Shown: positions 23,739 to 38,321, numbered from the whole stretch's first letter. The stretch: DNA of 63,988 bases, filler included, from Octopus bimaculoides (GCF_001194135.2; 5 parts of 4 records of this genome joined end to end with filler, not necessarily neighbours in it); one strand, 5' to 3'. A program made the numbers and translations. Notes: generated from the sequence alone by a model not told the origin.

Positions 23739-26700
23739 NNNNNNNNNNNNNNNNNNNNNNNNNNNNNNNNNNNNNNNNNNNNNNNNNNNNNNNNNNNNNN
23801 NNNNNNNNNNNNNNNNNNNNNNNNNNNNNNNNNNNNNNNNNNNNNNNNNNNNNNNNNNNNNNNNNNNNNNNNNNNNNNNNNNNNNNNNNNNNNNNNNNNN
23901 NNNNNNNNNNNNNNNNNNNNNNNNNNNNNNNNNNNNNNNNNNNNNNNNNNNNNNNNNNNNNNNNNNNNNNNNNNNNNNNNNNNNNNNNNNNNNNNNNNNN
24001 NNNNNNNNNNNNNNNNNNNNNNNNNNNNNNNNNNNNNNNNNNNNNNNNNNNNNNNNNNNNNNNNNNNNNNNNNNNNNNNNNNNNNNNNNNNNNNNNNNNN
24101 NNNNNNNNNNNNNNNNNNNNNNNNNNNNNNNNNNNNNNNNNNNNNNNNNNNNNNNNNNNNNNNNNNNNNNNNNNNNNNNNNNNNNNNNNNNNNNNNNNNN
24201 NNNNNNNNNNNNNNNNNNNNNNNNNNNNNNNNNNNNNNNNNNNNNNNNNNNNNNNNNNNNNNNATATACGGTCGGAATGAACACTGAGGTATAATAAAAA
24301 GTATGAATTAAAACAAAAACATCCGAGGACTCCATTGTTAATTCTGAATTAAATATTTTAAACTTAATCATAAATTATCTGAATGTTAAATTTTTAATAA
24401 AATAATATTCAAGTGAACTTCATGGGGGGAGACTTAATAAGATGTTGATTGCCTAAATATTTTTATGATACGAAGGTAAACGTAATGAAATCTGAAAATT
24501 TACGATGGGAGTTTGACAGATGTTTGTTGCTGAAGCTGTGAAACATCTACATTTGCTGTTATTTACACTATAGAAGATATTGAAGCATTAGTTGTACGTT
24601 TCCTCTGTCTCACCAATTAAGATACACATGAAATATGAAAGGATAGTAATAAAGGTGATATAATGTAGGTAAATGACTGAACGTTATAGGTTACAAAATA
24701 TGTTATACATTTCTGTATTTATAAATATAATCTCCACCTTCATGCAATGAACAAATACGTAAGGAATTAAGACAATCCCAGTCTGTACAAAAACAGAGCA
24801 TTAAAGCGGATTTCAAATGTAGAAGTTTGAAGCACAAAAAAAAGTTTAAATACAAGGCTATGAACTTATTAGGGTGAAGTTATGATTCATCAAATGTTTG
24901 AAATCTAGATGGCTCTAAAAGTTTGCAGGCTGGAAGAGGAAATGTTTACAGGTTAGCAGTTAAGAAAGTGATATTTAACGCAGGGTATTTCAATATATTT
25001 CACGCTATGTGAGTTGCATCAGGTGCAGATGCTACTTACGTAAAACCAAGTTTATTACTAGTGACGTTTATTACTAGATTTGGTAGAGAATAAAGTTGTT
25101 ATCTTTTATTTTCTTAATTCCAGTTTTAGGTTATATGTTCATGCATTACGAAGTTTTGTTGGAGATTCCCTGTACATCTGTCTATGAGTTTATTTAATGG
25201 TATCTGTCTATACCTTGGGAAAGGGATCCATTCCTTGTGTATTGTAGTCCCTTTCAACTATAATCAATACGCATGGATTTTATGCATTTTCTTTCTTTTA
25301 CTATATATACAAATGTATGTGTATATATGTATATATATATACAAATGTATATATATTGTAAGTTCCAGTAGTATTGAAAATATATATACAATGTATATAT
25401 ACAAATGTATGTATATAATCACTCATATTTCCATCTTTTCCTCCTCCTAATAAGTACATCGCATTGAACACTGCACCCAGTGCAGAAAGAACAGAGGAAA
25501 TAGCATCCGCAACCAAACTGCACATCTTTCCGTCCGATAATAATTCTCAAACAAGATTAAACTGAATAGCAATTGCAATACTTGACAATATGTCAGCGCC
25601 GGAATAAATCCGTATAAGGGGAGCATGGGGAGATAAAATGTAGTTTGCTGACAATATATATCAATATTTTATATGACATAAAATAGAAGTAGTGATAGCC
25701 TGCTTTAGCATAAAATATTTACTAAAGTTCATAAATTCAGATGGGAGTATACAGACCTCATGCGGCTGCTATTTTGCTTGAAGAAATTCTCTATCTCTTT
25801 ATCAGATAAAACGTCAAAATTCTTTTATACTCACGATTTAAGATCGTATTCAATTTTACGACACTTTATATAGAAATGCACTATGATGTAATACTTTAAG
25901 TTTCCCATAATGTTTAAGACACGAAACGCAATCGAAGCACATATTCAGACAAAAATCAGAATGAAACTGTGTATTATTTGTAACAATAGTTTTAAGCATG
26001 GCTTCTGAAATCTTTGCCTCACATTCTGTGTGTATTGAAGCTTGTAAGATGAAGCTGCAGATATGAATTTCAATCATCTGAGTCAGTGTTTAAAACTCCA
26101 AAATTCTGTCATGTTCAAAATGGCTGGCATATGTTGCTGCGTATAAGTGAGCGTATGACCGTAGCTGTACGCGTTATTGTATTCATTGATTCTAGTATTT
26201 TGTACCTAAATGAGAATCCAGGTGGGAATCTTATAATTAATCTCTCACAAAAACCGAGTGTTTATATAAAAATTGCGGGATGTTTTATCTCTAAAGACAA
26301 TGTACGTTCTACGAAAAATTGTTTAATTCTAACTGTGTGCAGTTGCATGATCTGGTGGTTGGTGTGTTGGATTCACCATTAGAATATCGTGGTTTCCATT
26401 ACAAGACGTGATGTGTTTTTTTTTTCTAGTAAAACTTTATTTGAGGTTACCTCAGCATGCACAGTTCTAAATGAGTAACCCTGTGCCGCCGTGGCGTCCC
26501 GTTCAGATGAAGTGTTGTGGTTTCGCTCACATATATGCCTTGGAAACCGACTAAATCGTCCTCTGAGTCTTAGGACTCACGACAATATTATCGAGGGGAT
26601 AACGTTTGCATTTTAATTAGATTGTTGAACAAACTTGCAAACGAGACGGGAGAGTAGCGACGGAAAGAAAACGGCCCTCTCTTTATTCTGAAAGTTGATG

Positions 26701-28019
26701 GTTTTCGTTTAACCCGGTTTAGTACGGCTTTGCCCCAGCAGATCTATGACCAACATCATTCCAAGCATATGCTTCCGATTAACTGTTTTATCTCTCCTTC
26801 TTGTTAAGATTATCAGGTCGGAATGTGGCTTCAATTTTTTTATCTGAAGCGCCTATGTTGATACGATCCTGAAATTACTGTTTCGAGTCTGCAATAATTG
26901 TGGTCTCTTTCTGAAAGGAAATCAATATCCAACTGCGCCTACAATATGAATAAAGTAATTACCTGAAAGCGAAATTAAACGAAATGAAGAAAATTGTATG
27001 CTATTCCATGAATGTCGAACTTCGCTATTTACTCATGCGAAAGTTGCTGAATCATCTGAGAGGAAAATCACATTGTATATATGTCTAAAGAAAATCAAAC
27101 AAATAAAATAAATGAGGTTATGTGAACGAATTTGAAATATTGGTCAGAAAGAATATACTAGTGAATAGATAAAACTGGAAAGACTACATTCTCTTGTATT
27201 TGTCTGGTAGTCAGAATAACTGCAGCCACAGCTGCTTAGAGTTATACAATATGTGTGAACTGCATGCAAAATGAATTTTGCAATTAGATTGTTTTCTTAT
27301 TGCAATACTTTCAATATAATTCAGATAAAGAATTCCATTCGGCTTTATGAAATTAAAGATATAAATAAATAAGAAAGCACAATGCTCAATAATTGTATGT
27401 ATTGAAATGCTGCTGACGTATGTCTCTTTAGTGGCATCTATACAATCATGTCGGTTTTATTTCCAAGTTAGTTTGTACACTATTGTCTTGGCCAGTGTTG
27501 TGAGTTTCAAGGGATATGAAGTATGGATATGGTGCATTTGATAATGCGTGGTTATTCTAATATTAGAATAAAAGTACACATTTCTGATAGGAATGAATAT
27601 TTGGTTAGATCTTTCCAGATGTCTGACTGGTACTTTATCAAATCAGCCCAAGAGCGATATTTGTTTTAAGAACATTAAATATATATTCGAAGCTATGCTA
27701 CAATCTAATGTGTCTAGCAAAATGGATTACTAAATATTGTTCATTTTATACAAATTTGCATAAACGCACATATATACTCAAAGGCACACATACAAACAAG
27801 CGTAATTTAAGGATAGGAACGGAATTTATAAACAAACTGCCAGGTCAACGTTACTACCTAATTGACACAGTGGGGTTTCATCTTCCACTTGATACATGTG
27901 CACACAGACACACACAAACATACACACATACATATATACATGCACACAGACAAGCGCAGAGGCACATGCATGTGCGTGTGAGTGTGCCTATGCGTATGGC
28001 TATGTATACGTGTGTGCGC

Positions 28020-28053
<34 letters not shown>

Positions 28054-28777
28054 GTATGTCTAGATCTGCGTGGACACATTTAAACTACTAGTGAATGCTT
28101 CTCATCCTGCTTTCAGATAAATTCTCAGACACCTTAACTAATCCATTCTAATTTGTTAATATTAATCTGTACACATTATCAATAATTAATTCATTTCATT
28201 AAGTTGGATGGCTGGAAGAACCATTAGAGTGCCGAAGAAAATGCTCAATGACGTTTCTTCCGGCTTTACGTTCTGAGTTCAAATTCAGCCGATGCTAATT
28301 TAATATTTCATCTTTTCACGTTCGATAACTATGTACAGCTAAAATTCCAGGTTTTTTGCTTATAAATTGTTTCATTGTATTCTCAGAGAAGGATTGGTAA
28401 AGATCTGCCTGAAGTCCAAATGTAGCAAATATTTCAGAGCATTTCAATTGAGGACTAGACGTTTTGCAGTTTTATCGCAAATGTTTTGTATACTTCGTTG
28501 ATATAATCCAACCATAGAACTCTAACATTCTAAGTTGAGTATGTAAACGGCAGACGAGTCGCCATTATAGAATGCCATACCATCTTTAGTAAAAAAAATT
28601 TTTATTTCAAAGAGGTCTATGTACATCTGAAAACGGCTTTTACATCATGGCTCAGGTCGGATGGGACAAATTTCGGTCGAGCACTTCATTTTCCAGGAAT
28701 TTCAAGACTACAACTATATTAGGTGTGCTATAAAAATATAGATCTCTCTCTCTCTTTCTCTGGAAATATATGTGTAT

Positions 28778-28815
<38 letters not shown>

Positions 28816-28941
28816 GCATGTATGTATATATGATTATACGTATGTATATATGTACGTATGCACGTCTGCAGATCACATGTTTTGTATTTTTCTACTTGTT
28901 ACTCTCGTTTGTATCGGTTTTCCTACATCTCTAAAATATTT

Positions 28942-28989
<48 letters not shown>

Positions 28990-29296
28990 ACAATTTTATA
29001 CAAACTCACTCATAAATATACATGTTTGTATACGAGCATATACGTTTCGTTCTAAAAAAATACAGTAAACATAAAAATTATTTGTCCTCACGAAATATCT
29101 TCAAGAGACATCAAAGGATCCTCGTTTACTAATCTTAAGCGAGATATCGTAACATGGGAGTGTAGTTCGACAATGGAAGTTCATTAGTAACTTCCAGCCA
29201 TTTAGTATTGAATATTAATATATATACATCGACCGACTATCATCGAGGTTATACGCACACACACATACACACAAGTATATATATATATATATATAT

Positions 29297-29396
29297 NNNN
29301 NNNNNNNNNNNNNNNNNNNNNNNNNNNNNNNNNNNNNNNNTTAATTAATTAANNNNNNNNNNNNNNNNNNNNNNNNNNNNNNNNNNNNNNNNNNNN
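29297..29396. other. Artificial scaffold-join linker
   Basis: N44-TTAATTAATTAA-N44. Confidence 0.95.
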
Positions 29397-30229
29397 ACAT
29401 ACATACACTTTATATACTAATAGTTATACATTATATAACTAATAGTTATACATTATAGTTATATATATATATATATATACAATGTGAGTATGTGTGTGTG
29501 TACATGTGTGTACACAGACACGCCACATTTATACCTATAACACCACCCGTGTGTACTCTGACTCATGTAATTTCATGCATTATAGATATGCTATTATCTA
29601 TATATACATACACGCACGTATATACGCATTTAGGTATGTATTCACACATAGGTATGTTTGAAAATACAAACACACATACGCATTATATATATATACGTAA
29701 AGGGCACACATTCCAGCTATTTAACGGGGGAAAAATAACCAGACATATGAACTCGTATATTCTTAGATACGTGTATGACCGTCATTACAGGATGTACAGA
29801 CGATCAAAGCCAAATGCAGTTTTGCAAATATACACTCTCAAAGGACATATAATCATACATGGATACATACATATATATATATATATGTGCGTGTATGTGT
29901 GCATGTGTGTGCGCGTGCGTGTGTGTGTGTATTCTTTTATTCCTTTATTTTTTGACTGCGGCCATGCTGGAGTACTGCCTTTAGTCGAACAAATCTACCC
30001 CAGGACTTATTCGTTGTAAAAGAGTAAAAGAGTAAAGAGAAAGATTTTCCTTCATTAACTCCCTTGTACCTTTCCCTCTGTCCTTTCCTCCCTCTCTCTC
30101 TCTTTCTTTCTCTCTCTCTCTCTCTCTAGTTCCTTCTCTAANNNNNNNNNNTCCCTCTGTCCTTTCCTCCCTCTCTCTCTCTTTCTTTCTCTCTCTCTCT
30201 CTCTCTAGTTCCTTCTCTAATTCTTCAAC

Positions 30230-30428
30230 CCCTCTGCCCCCTACCTCTCTCTGTTCCTTCCACGTGCCCGGTGTTCGGACAAGCATGATCTTTCTTTCTT
30301 GGTCCGACCGCCGCCCGTACAGCACCTCTTATTTTCCTGTCTCCTGACTTTCATCTATGTTTGTGCCTCAAGGTTTTCAAGGGGCGTATTGAGCTGATTT
30401 TGTGCGTCACTTTTGGTCAAGCCTGTAT
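30230..30428 (-). mobile_element. Tc1/mariner terminal remnant
   Basis: Minus strand TA|CAGGCTTGACCAAAAGTGACGCAC (TIR-like), abutting a (TA)n run. Confidence 0.45.
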
Positions 30429-30442
30429 ATATATATATATAT

Positions 30443-30490
<48 letters not shown>

Positions 30491-30494
30491 TGAT

Positions 30495-30858
30495 ATTTCA
30501 CTTATTTCAGTCAATGGACTGCAGCCATTCTGGAGTAACTGCTTTGAAGGTTTTAGTCGAGCAAATCGGCTCCAATACTTCGTTTTTTTTTAGGCCTTGT
30601 ACACTTCTTTTATAGCTCTCTTAGGGCGGACTGTGGAATTAAGTCGACGTAACCAAACCAACACTGGTTGTCATGTGGTTGTGGGGAGGGGGATGGAAAA
30701 CAGAAACATACACTAGGAGCTTCTTACAGTTTGTGTCAACCACCAAAATCCACTTACAATGTTTTGGTTGACCCGAAGAGGTACTATGCTATGCAGAGGG
30801 ACTGAACCAAAGATCACATGGTTGGAACGCAAGCTTCTCAGCCACACAGCTACGCCTA
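30495..30858 (-). mobile_element. SINE family A, full length, diverged
   Basis: Tail and head motifs are both recognisable. Confidence 0.75.
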
Positions 30859-30897
30859 GATAGATAGATAGAAAGATAGATATATAGACAGACAGAC

Positions 30898-30953
<56 letters not shown>

Positions 30954-30987
30954 TGAGAGAGAGACAGAGAGAGAGAGNNNNNNNNNN

Positions 30988-31019
<32 letters not shown>

Positions 31020-31457
31020 CAAAGACAGAGAAAAAGATAAAAATACATAGATATACATACATACATACAGAAATACACACATGCATGCATACATACATAC
31101 ATACATACATACATACATACATACATACATGCGTACACACACAAATATTTGACACAGATCTCAAACATGGGTAGAAACACACCATTGTTGATGATTGGGC
31201 TCAGTCATAGTTGGCCTGGTACTGAACGTCATCTTCGTCGTCGTCATCGTCGTCGTGGCCGTGGTCGTGGTCGTCGCCGTTGTGTCTTCATCATCAACTC
31301 GTTGGGTTACAGGATCGAATTAATAATTAACCCATGATTCGTAGTTTACTATATAGCCCTGCAAATGTCATGGGCGTTGCCATTCATTCTTCCACTAAGA
31401 GAATGCATGCACTTTCAGATATATACCCATTAAGTACCCGTGTGCGTATATATGCGC

Positions 31458-31503
<46 letters not shown>

Positions 31504-32108
31504 GCGTGTCAGTGTGCGTGCGCGCAAGCGTATGTGTGTGTGCGTAAACCTCAACAGTCAACACATACATAGAAATTAACATTGACAACCCACATAACCA
31601 TATTAACCGCATGCGAACATGCACATATACATGCATATATATATTATTTATATACACACACAAAAACACACACATATATACATACGTATATCTGTATNNN
31701 NNNNNNNNNNNNNNNNNNNNNNNNNNNNNNNNNNNNNNNNNNNNNNNNNNNNNNNNNNNNNNNNNNNNNNNNNNNNNNNNNNNNNNNNNNNNNNNNNNNN
31801 NNNNNNNNNNNNNNNNNNNNNNNNNNNNNNNNNNNNNNNNNNNNNNNNNNNNNNNNNNNNNNNNNNNNNNNNNNNNNNNNNNNNNNNNNNNNNNNNNNNN
31901 NNNNNNNNNNNNNNNNNNNNNNNNNNNNNNNNNNNNNNNNNNNNNNNNNNNNNNNNNNNNNNNNNNNNNNNNNNNNNNNNNNNNNNNNNNNNNNNNNNNN
32001 NNNNNNNNNNNNNNNNNNNNNNNNNNNNNNNNNNNNNNNNNNNNNNNNNNNNNNNNNNNNNNNNNNNNNNNNNNNNNNNNNNNNNNNNNNNNNNNNNNNN
32101 NNNNNNNN

Positions 32109-32159
<51 letters not shown>

Positions 32160-32362
32160 TATGTGTGTGTGTGTGTGTGTGTATAAGCGCATGCACATAG
32201 TTCATCATACTAATCTACATTATATCCACATATGCATACACACCAATACTCATTTCCACACATACATTCTAACACACATATATGCTCTTGCATACGTATA
32301 CACACATACACCCAGAAATACACTTTTATATTCACACGCAGATGCACACACAAACACACACT

Positions 32363-32403
<41 letters not shown>

Positions 32404-33104
32404 AAAAGATGCAAAACATACCCAGATATACTTACATGCATACTCATACATACATACATCTTCATACAGACATGACCCACAAACAAATAAACTTACGGAA
32501 GACTCGGGCAACATACACGCATATACACACATACGTGTACTTGTATATAAACATATACGCACTTTCACGACATATATATGTTTTGTCACATACATGCGTA
32601 CATTGACAGACATTCATAAACACAACTGAAAAAAGTCAGGACATACAAATTGAGGCACACGCATATGCAGAACACATACATACATACATACATACATACA
32701 TACATACATACATACATACATACATACATGCATGCATGCATACATACATTGACATAAGCTTCTTTACCCTTTGAATGTCAATGTGGAAGATCATCGTTTT
32801 GTTTTATGGAAGATAGAAGTTGATGAGATGGGTGGAGAAAGCGGGCAGTGAAAGCGTGTGTTCGTGTAGTGGGGGTTAGGATGTGCATGCGTGATTTAGA
32901 GGTGATAAAGACGGGAAAAAAAGGAAGTCCAGTTGATATCAGATATATACATAGATATGTACCCACACACACAGACACACACACACACACACGCACGCAC
33001 GCACGCAAACACACACAGTCATTTTTTTAATTAATTTAATGGGCAGAATAGAAAAGTGTATACACTCATGTATTCTCTTGCTTGTTTTACCAAACTCGTA
33101 TATA

Positions 33105-33870
33105 TGGCGCAGTTGTGGCTGTGTGGTAAGAACTTTACTTCCCTACCACAACCTTCTGAGTTCAGTTTCACTGTATAGGACATTACGCAAATATCTTCTA
33201 TTATAGTCCCGTGTCAACCAAATCCTTGTGAATGGGTTTGGTAGACAGAAACTGAACGAAACCCCCTTTTATATATGTATGTAGCCTTGTGTCCTCTNNN
33301 NNNNNNNNNNNNNNNNNNNNNNNNNNNNNNNNNNNNNNNNNNNNNNNNNNNNNNNNNNNNNNNNNNNNNNNNNNNNNNNNNNNNNNNNNNNNNNNNNNNN
33401 NNNNNNNNNNNNNNNNNNNNNNNNNNNNNNNNNNNNNNNNNNNNNNNNNNNNNNNNNNNNNNACAGAAACTGAACGAAACCCCCTTTTATATATGTATGT
33501 AGCCTTGTGTCCTCTGCTACCACTTAACAGCCGGTGTTGGCATGTTTACGTAGCAGAGGTTCGTAACATAACGGTTCAACTGAAAGAAAATTATTCAAAG
33601 CGGCGCTCCTGCAAAGATTAAAATAAGTAAAAGTGTGTGTGTGTGAGAGAGAGAGAGTGAAGGTGCGTGGCTTAGTGGTTAGGGAGTTGCATTCATGATC
33701 GATAGATTTTTGTTTCGATTCTTTGACTGAGTGATGCATTGGTCTTGAACAAAACACTTCATTTCAGCTGGCAAAAAATTAATAATCCTGCGACAGACTG
33801 GCGTCTCGTCCAGCGATAGACAATACATATCACAGAATTCAGGAAACCTGCCTGATGAGCCTTTGATCAT
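33105..33870 (+). mobile_element. SINE A (plus orientation, gap-interrupted) followed by another tRNA-derived SINE
   Basis: GTGGCTGTGTGGTAAG head at about 33115, tail to about 33620. Second head GGCTTAGTGGTTAGGG at about 33668. Confidence 0.7.
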
Positions 33871-33978
33871 TTGGCCTAGTGCCAATGTTAGAACTTCACT
33901 ACAGTAGCAAGAGTGTCCACTAAAGTTCACTTTGCCTTTTATGTAGTATCTTTTCGTTATAGGTGCAGGTGTGCTTGT

Positions 33979-34920
33979 GTGAAAACCCGGAAAATACTAA
34001 CAAGCACACATGATTATCACATGAACAGTGACGTAGACTATCTCTGCCTAAAACGAAAACTAGATGGCAGAGTCTTAACATCGATCCAAAATGCCTTTGA
34101 ATGTAGTATCATATCCCTTTGGCAACCTCCTTTAACCACCAAGGGTCGAATTGCATCCCTTGACCAAGTTTGCATACATCCCATATAATATGAATTACAG
34201 AATCAAAAGAATACTCAATACATGATATATAGTGTATAGCAAGAAATATACCCCCTTTTCAAGTGAATAATTAAATACAGTTCATAAGGCTTGAAAGGTA
34301 GCTCCATGAGCAGCATTCCTGATAACCTTAAATATATGGCCTTAACCTTAAATACCGATGAGATATGATGTTGTAGCTAGGACACCATATGATGAAATCC
34401 GTCGAAGGATAACCCCGAGGACAAAGAAATAAGAACTCACAGTAAGGTAAAAGCCATAGCCACTTATAATAAAAAGGAGTATTGGTGGAATGTCTTAGCG
34501 AAAACCTCAATGAAATGTAAGCACAACAAATCTGATATAACGATTTGTGTACAGTTGTGGAAATTAGCTGTCCAGAAGATGTTAACATAAAGCTGAAGAT
34601 CAGTGAAAAAGAGAATACCTACGCTGAACCATTGAGAATTCTACAGTTACGCTATCCAGTTTACAAGTTCAGGTTTATACCTGTAATTATTGGGGCCTGG
34701 GATATGTAACACACTGCCTGAATTCCAATCTTGATAAATTAGGCTTCTCAAAACCAGAAAGGAGAAAGCAAATTCGAAGACTACAGATCCAATCCATCAC
34801 TGGAACTGTAAAAATCTGTAAAACTTTCTAGAAGTTTATCATTTTAAAATATATGAGCATGTTTAGATATGCAACTATATGCATGAGAATACATGCATAA
34901 AACAAAACATAGAACTCTGC
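33979..34920 (+). mobile_element. R4/Dong-type LINE 3' part, same subfamily as 11760-12347
   Basis: VKTRKILTSTHDYHMNSDVD..LTSIQNAFEC, then RLE-like YWWNV..HNKSDI..VVEISCPEDVN..FIPVIIGA. Confidence 0.85.
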
Positions 34921-35479
34921 ATACATACATACATACATACATACATACATACATACCCTGTTGATGTTGAAATTACAATGAAGGCGCATTGGATCTAGTT
35001 TAGAAACCGATTCTTTCTCTATTGGCAAGAAATCTTGAAATAAAACTGAAAAATTACATGCATATATACATGTGTGTATTGTTTTTTTTTTGTTTTTTTT
35101 TTTTTGCGTTCGCGTATAGAGAAAGAGTTAGTGAAGTATATAGAGAAGGAAACCACACACATACGCTCAAACACACCCTGACACTCTTCTACCTCACTAA
35201 TCTTTCTCCACTGCATTTCTACCGTCTCTCTCTCTACTCCTAGAATCTATTCTCTCTCTCTCAGTCTTATTCTCTGTCTCTCTGTCTCTCTGTCTCTCCC
35301 CCCCTCTCTCTCTCTCTTTTTCTTTCTTTCTCTCCTACCTCACGCCTCTCTACTATTCACGGCTTCAAGTGAACATTCTAGAAAAGTCAAAGAATAATTG
35401 GGTGTTATTTGGAAATGAGAAAACTACCGAAATATGAGTGTAAAGATGTCATAATTCAAAACTGGTATTTAGTGATGGT

Positions 35480-36406
35480 GTGGTGCTGGTAGCTCTCTGT
35501 TGTCGGGGTGGGTAGTAATAGTGGTAGTGGTAGTGGTAGTGGTTGTGGGGGGTAGGTAGTTGTGTACATAGTAGCTCTTAGTTGTGGTGGTGGTGGTGGT
35601 GATGGTGATGGTGGATTATGATTGTTTGTGTTGGCAATAGTAGTAGTTGTGATGTTTGAGCTGGTGGCGGTGGTGATGGTAGAGGTGGTGGTAGTGGTCG
35701 TGGAGGTAGTGCTGGGGGTGATGGTGGTAGGGGTGGTGACGGTGGTAGGGGTGGTGACGGTAGTAGGGGTGGTGACGGTGGTAGGGGTGGTGACGGTNNN
35801 NNNNNNNNNNNNNNNNNNNNNNNNNNNNNNNNNNNNNNNNNNNNNNNNNNNNNNNNNNNNNNNNNNNNNNNNNNNNNNNNNNNNNNNNNNNNNNNNNNNN
35901 NNNNNNNNNNNNNNNNNNNNNNNNNNNNNNNNNNNNNNNNNNNNNNNNNNNNNNNNNNNNNNNNNNNNNNNNNNNNNNNNNNNNNNNNNNNNNNNNNNNN
36001 NNNNNNNNNNNNNNNNNNNNNNNNNNNNNNNNNNNNNNNNNNNNNNNNNNNNNNNNNNNNNNNNNNNNNNNNNNNNNNNNNNNNNNNNNNNNNNNNNNNN
36101 NNNNNNNNNNNNNNNNNNNNNNNNNNNNNNNNNNNNNNNNNNNNNNNNNNNNNNNNNNNNNNNNNNNNNNNNNNNNNNNNNNNNNNNNNNNNNNNNNNNN
36201 NNNNNNNNNNNNNNNNNNNNNNNNNNNNNNNNNNNNNNNNNNNNNNNNNNNNNNNNNNNNNNNNNNNNNNNGTGGTGGTAGTGATGGTAGTGGCGGCGTT
36301 AATAGTAGTAGTAATAGTAACAGGTGGTAATATTGGTGGTTGTTGAGGCTTTTGTGGTGGTGGTGGTGGTGGTGGTAGCGTTAGTAGTAGTAGTAGTAAT
36401 TATAGT

Positions 36407-36486
<80 letters not shown>

Positions 36487-36816
36487 GTTGGGGGTAGGCG
36501 GTTGTGATTGTTCTTCTGGTTCTGATGGTAGCATAAAGCTGTATTTCTTGTTTAGCCCAAGGTCTGTGGTGATTGGGTAGGTCTATGATCAAAGGCATTC
36601 CAGCGTTTGATCATAGATTTCCCAATGTGTCTGTTGTTTTAAAAATGCAAATATTTCATGGAATTTGGCTGCTATTTCTAGTACTGAGGGTCCCTCGTGG
36701 ACAGGCCGTAGTTGTGAAGTGTTGGTGGTTGAGGTGAGAGCAAGAAAGGTGAATCTGGGTGATGGTTGTGATGATGTGGCTAGTTATGGTGGTGGTGGTG
36801 GTGGTGGTGGTGGTGG

Positions 36817-36867
<51 letters not shown>

Positions 36868-36985
36868 TGCTGCTGGTGACTGCGATAACGATCGTGGAGA
36901 TAATCACCGCGGCGGCGGCGACAGCGGTAGTGGTGGCGACGACGGGTGGGTGGTGGTGGTGGTAGTGGTGGTGTTAGTACTTGTA
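35480..36985. repeat. G-rich trinucleotide field (GGT/GTA/GCT/GCA) with an 18-bp minisatellite
   Basis: Unit GGTGGTAGGGGTGGTGAC repeated about 4 times at 35723-35797, running into a gap. Confidence 0.85.
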
Positions 36986-38231
36986 GTAGAGTCAAATATG
37001 ATGTCCTTCATTGACAGAAGGCAATAAGTAAGTGCGTATATATGTGTGTGTCCATGTGAAAACAAGCATGATTCTGTGGCTGGGTCTATATTTCTATGTG
37101 TTTATGCGTGTGGGTAAAACTATGTCGTTTTGTGACTAACTCTAAGTGTGCGTTTATGTGTATTTGTGTAATATGTTCGTATATGTAGGTTGTTATGTTT
37201 TGGTTTATTCAAGAGAAAGTGGAGAGATCTTTTAGTGAGATTCATGCGGCGAATGCTCAGTTTAAATATCCTTTAAATTGACATGCATAGAGAAAACCTG
37301 AGCAGAGATGGAATTCCAGAAAACTGACATTCCGGGACGCAGTACCCGACATTATGACACTGTATTAGAGATGAGAGGAAGAGGGGCAGACATTTGGGTG
37401 TCGTGTGGGTCTGAGAAGTGATGGTACGAATCTAGCCAGTTCCAAGCAGCCGAGACTTAATGTAATAGAGATAGAATCGTAAGCTCTTTTGACAGAATGA
37501 CCTGTGGTATTTGTTCAGGACCTCTACGCTATGAGTTCAAAGCCTGCCGAGATCAACTTCATCTTATCATCCTTTCAGGGATGATCAAATAAAGAACAAC
37601 TTCAAGGCGGCGGATTGGTAGAACTCTTTGGAGTTCTTGGGTGGTAAAGCTTAATCCGACGCTCGTTTCAACACCGCGTATGGATGTGTGTATTTGTGTG
37701 TACTTGAAAGCATTTGCATCTGTGCAATTGAACATGAAGTTGTGCTTGTGTGTATAGACGAGTATTCGAGTGTGTGTATGGTGCATGCATATATCCATGT
37801 GTATGCAAGTATTGTGTGTTATGATTGTGTGTGTTGTGAGTGCGTGTGTGTGGGTGGGGTGTAGATATGACCTGTGATCAAAATCAGCAGCATTCAATGA
37901 CTGAAACAAGTAAGAGATAAAAGATACTGCAACTAGGATTGCATTATTTAACATATCATTTCTCTCTAACATGGGTCTATGTCTGTTTTGTTTTTGAGAT
38001 CGAACAACCACGCAGAAGTTCTGTTTGAGTTGATGTTTGTGGCCGTGTCAATTACACCAGTTGTAGTTAAAAAACACACAAAGAAACAAGATATTAGTTC
38101 CTTCAGGGAAACCAACAAACGCCTTAGATTCGATTATAGGCTTATGACAGGAATATTTGGAAGTTGAAAACACCTGGGAATTGAAACGAGGCTGCTAAGT
38201 TTTGATATTCAGGATTTGTGTTTGGGATCAG

Positions 38232-38321
38232 TGACGTCACTCATTAGCCAATCTGATCCCTAGCTGGAGTCACTGTGTCAACACAAACGCAATTCGCCTA
38301 AATATTGATCACGTCACCAAT
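38232..38321. promoter_or_regulatory. CRE + CCAAT motif cluster (candidate cis-element)
   Basis: TGACGTCA 38232-38239, CCAAT 38248-38252, ACGTCA 38311-38316 directly followed by CCAAT 38317-38321. Confidence 0.3.

Noticed and set aside
23267-24280. 337-aa ORF as a host gene
   Set aside because: More than half is N gap, and the informative part is a Penelope-like ORF start.
33851-33880. CTGATGA followed by a GCC/GGC hairpin (hammerhead?)
   Set aside because: No GAAA follows, and the segment aligns with the SINE tail seen at about 5025-5055.
36665-37027. 120-aa Gly/Ala-rich ORF as a transcription-factor-like exon
   Set aside because: It is built from GGT/GCT/GTA runs inside a larger trinucleotide field, with no conserved domain and no clear splice context.
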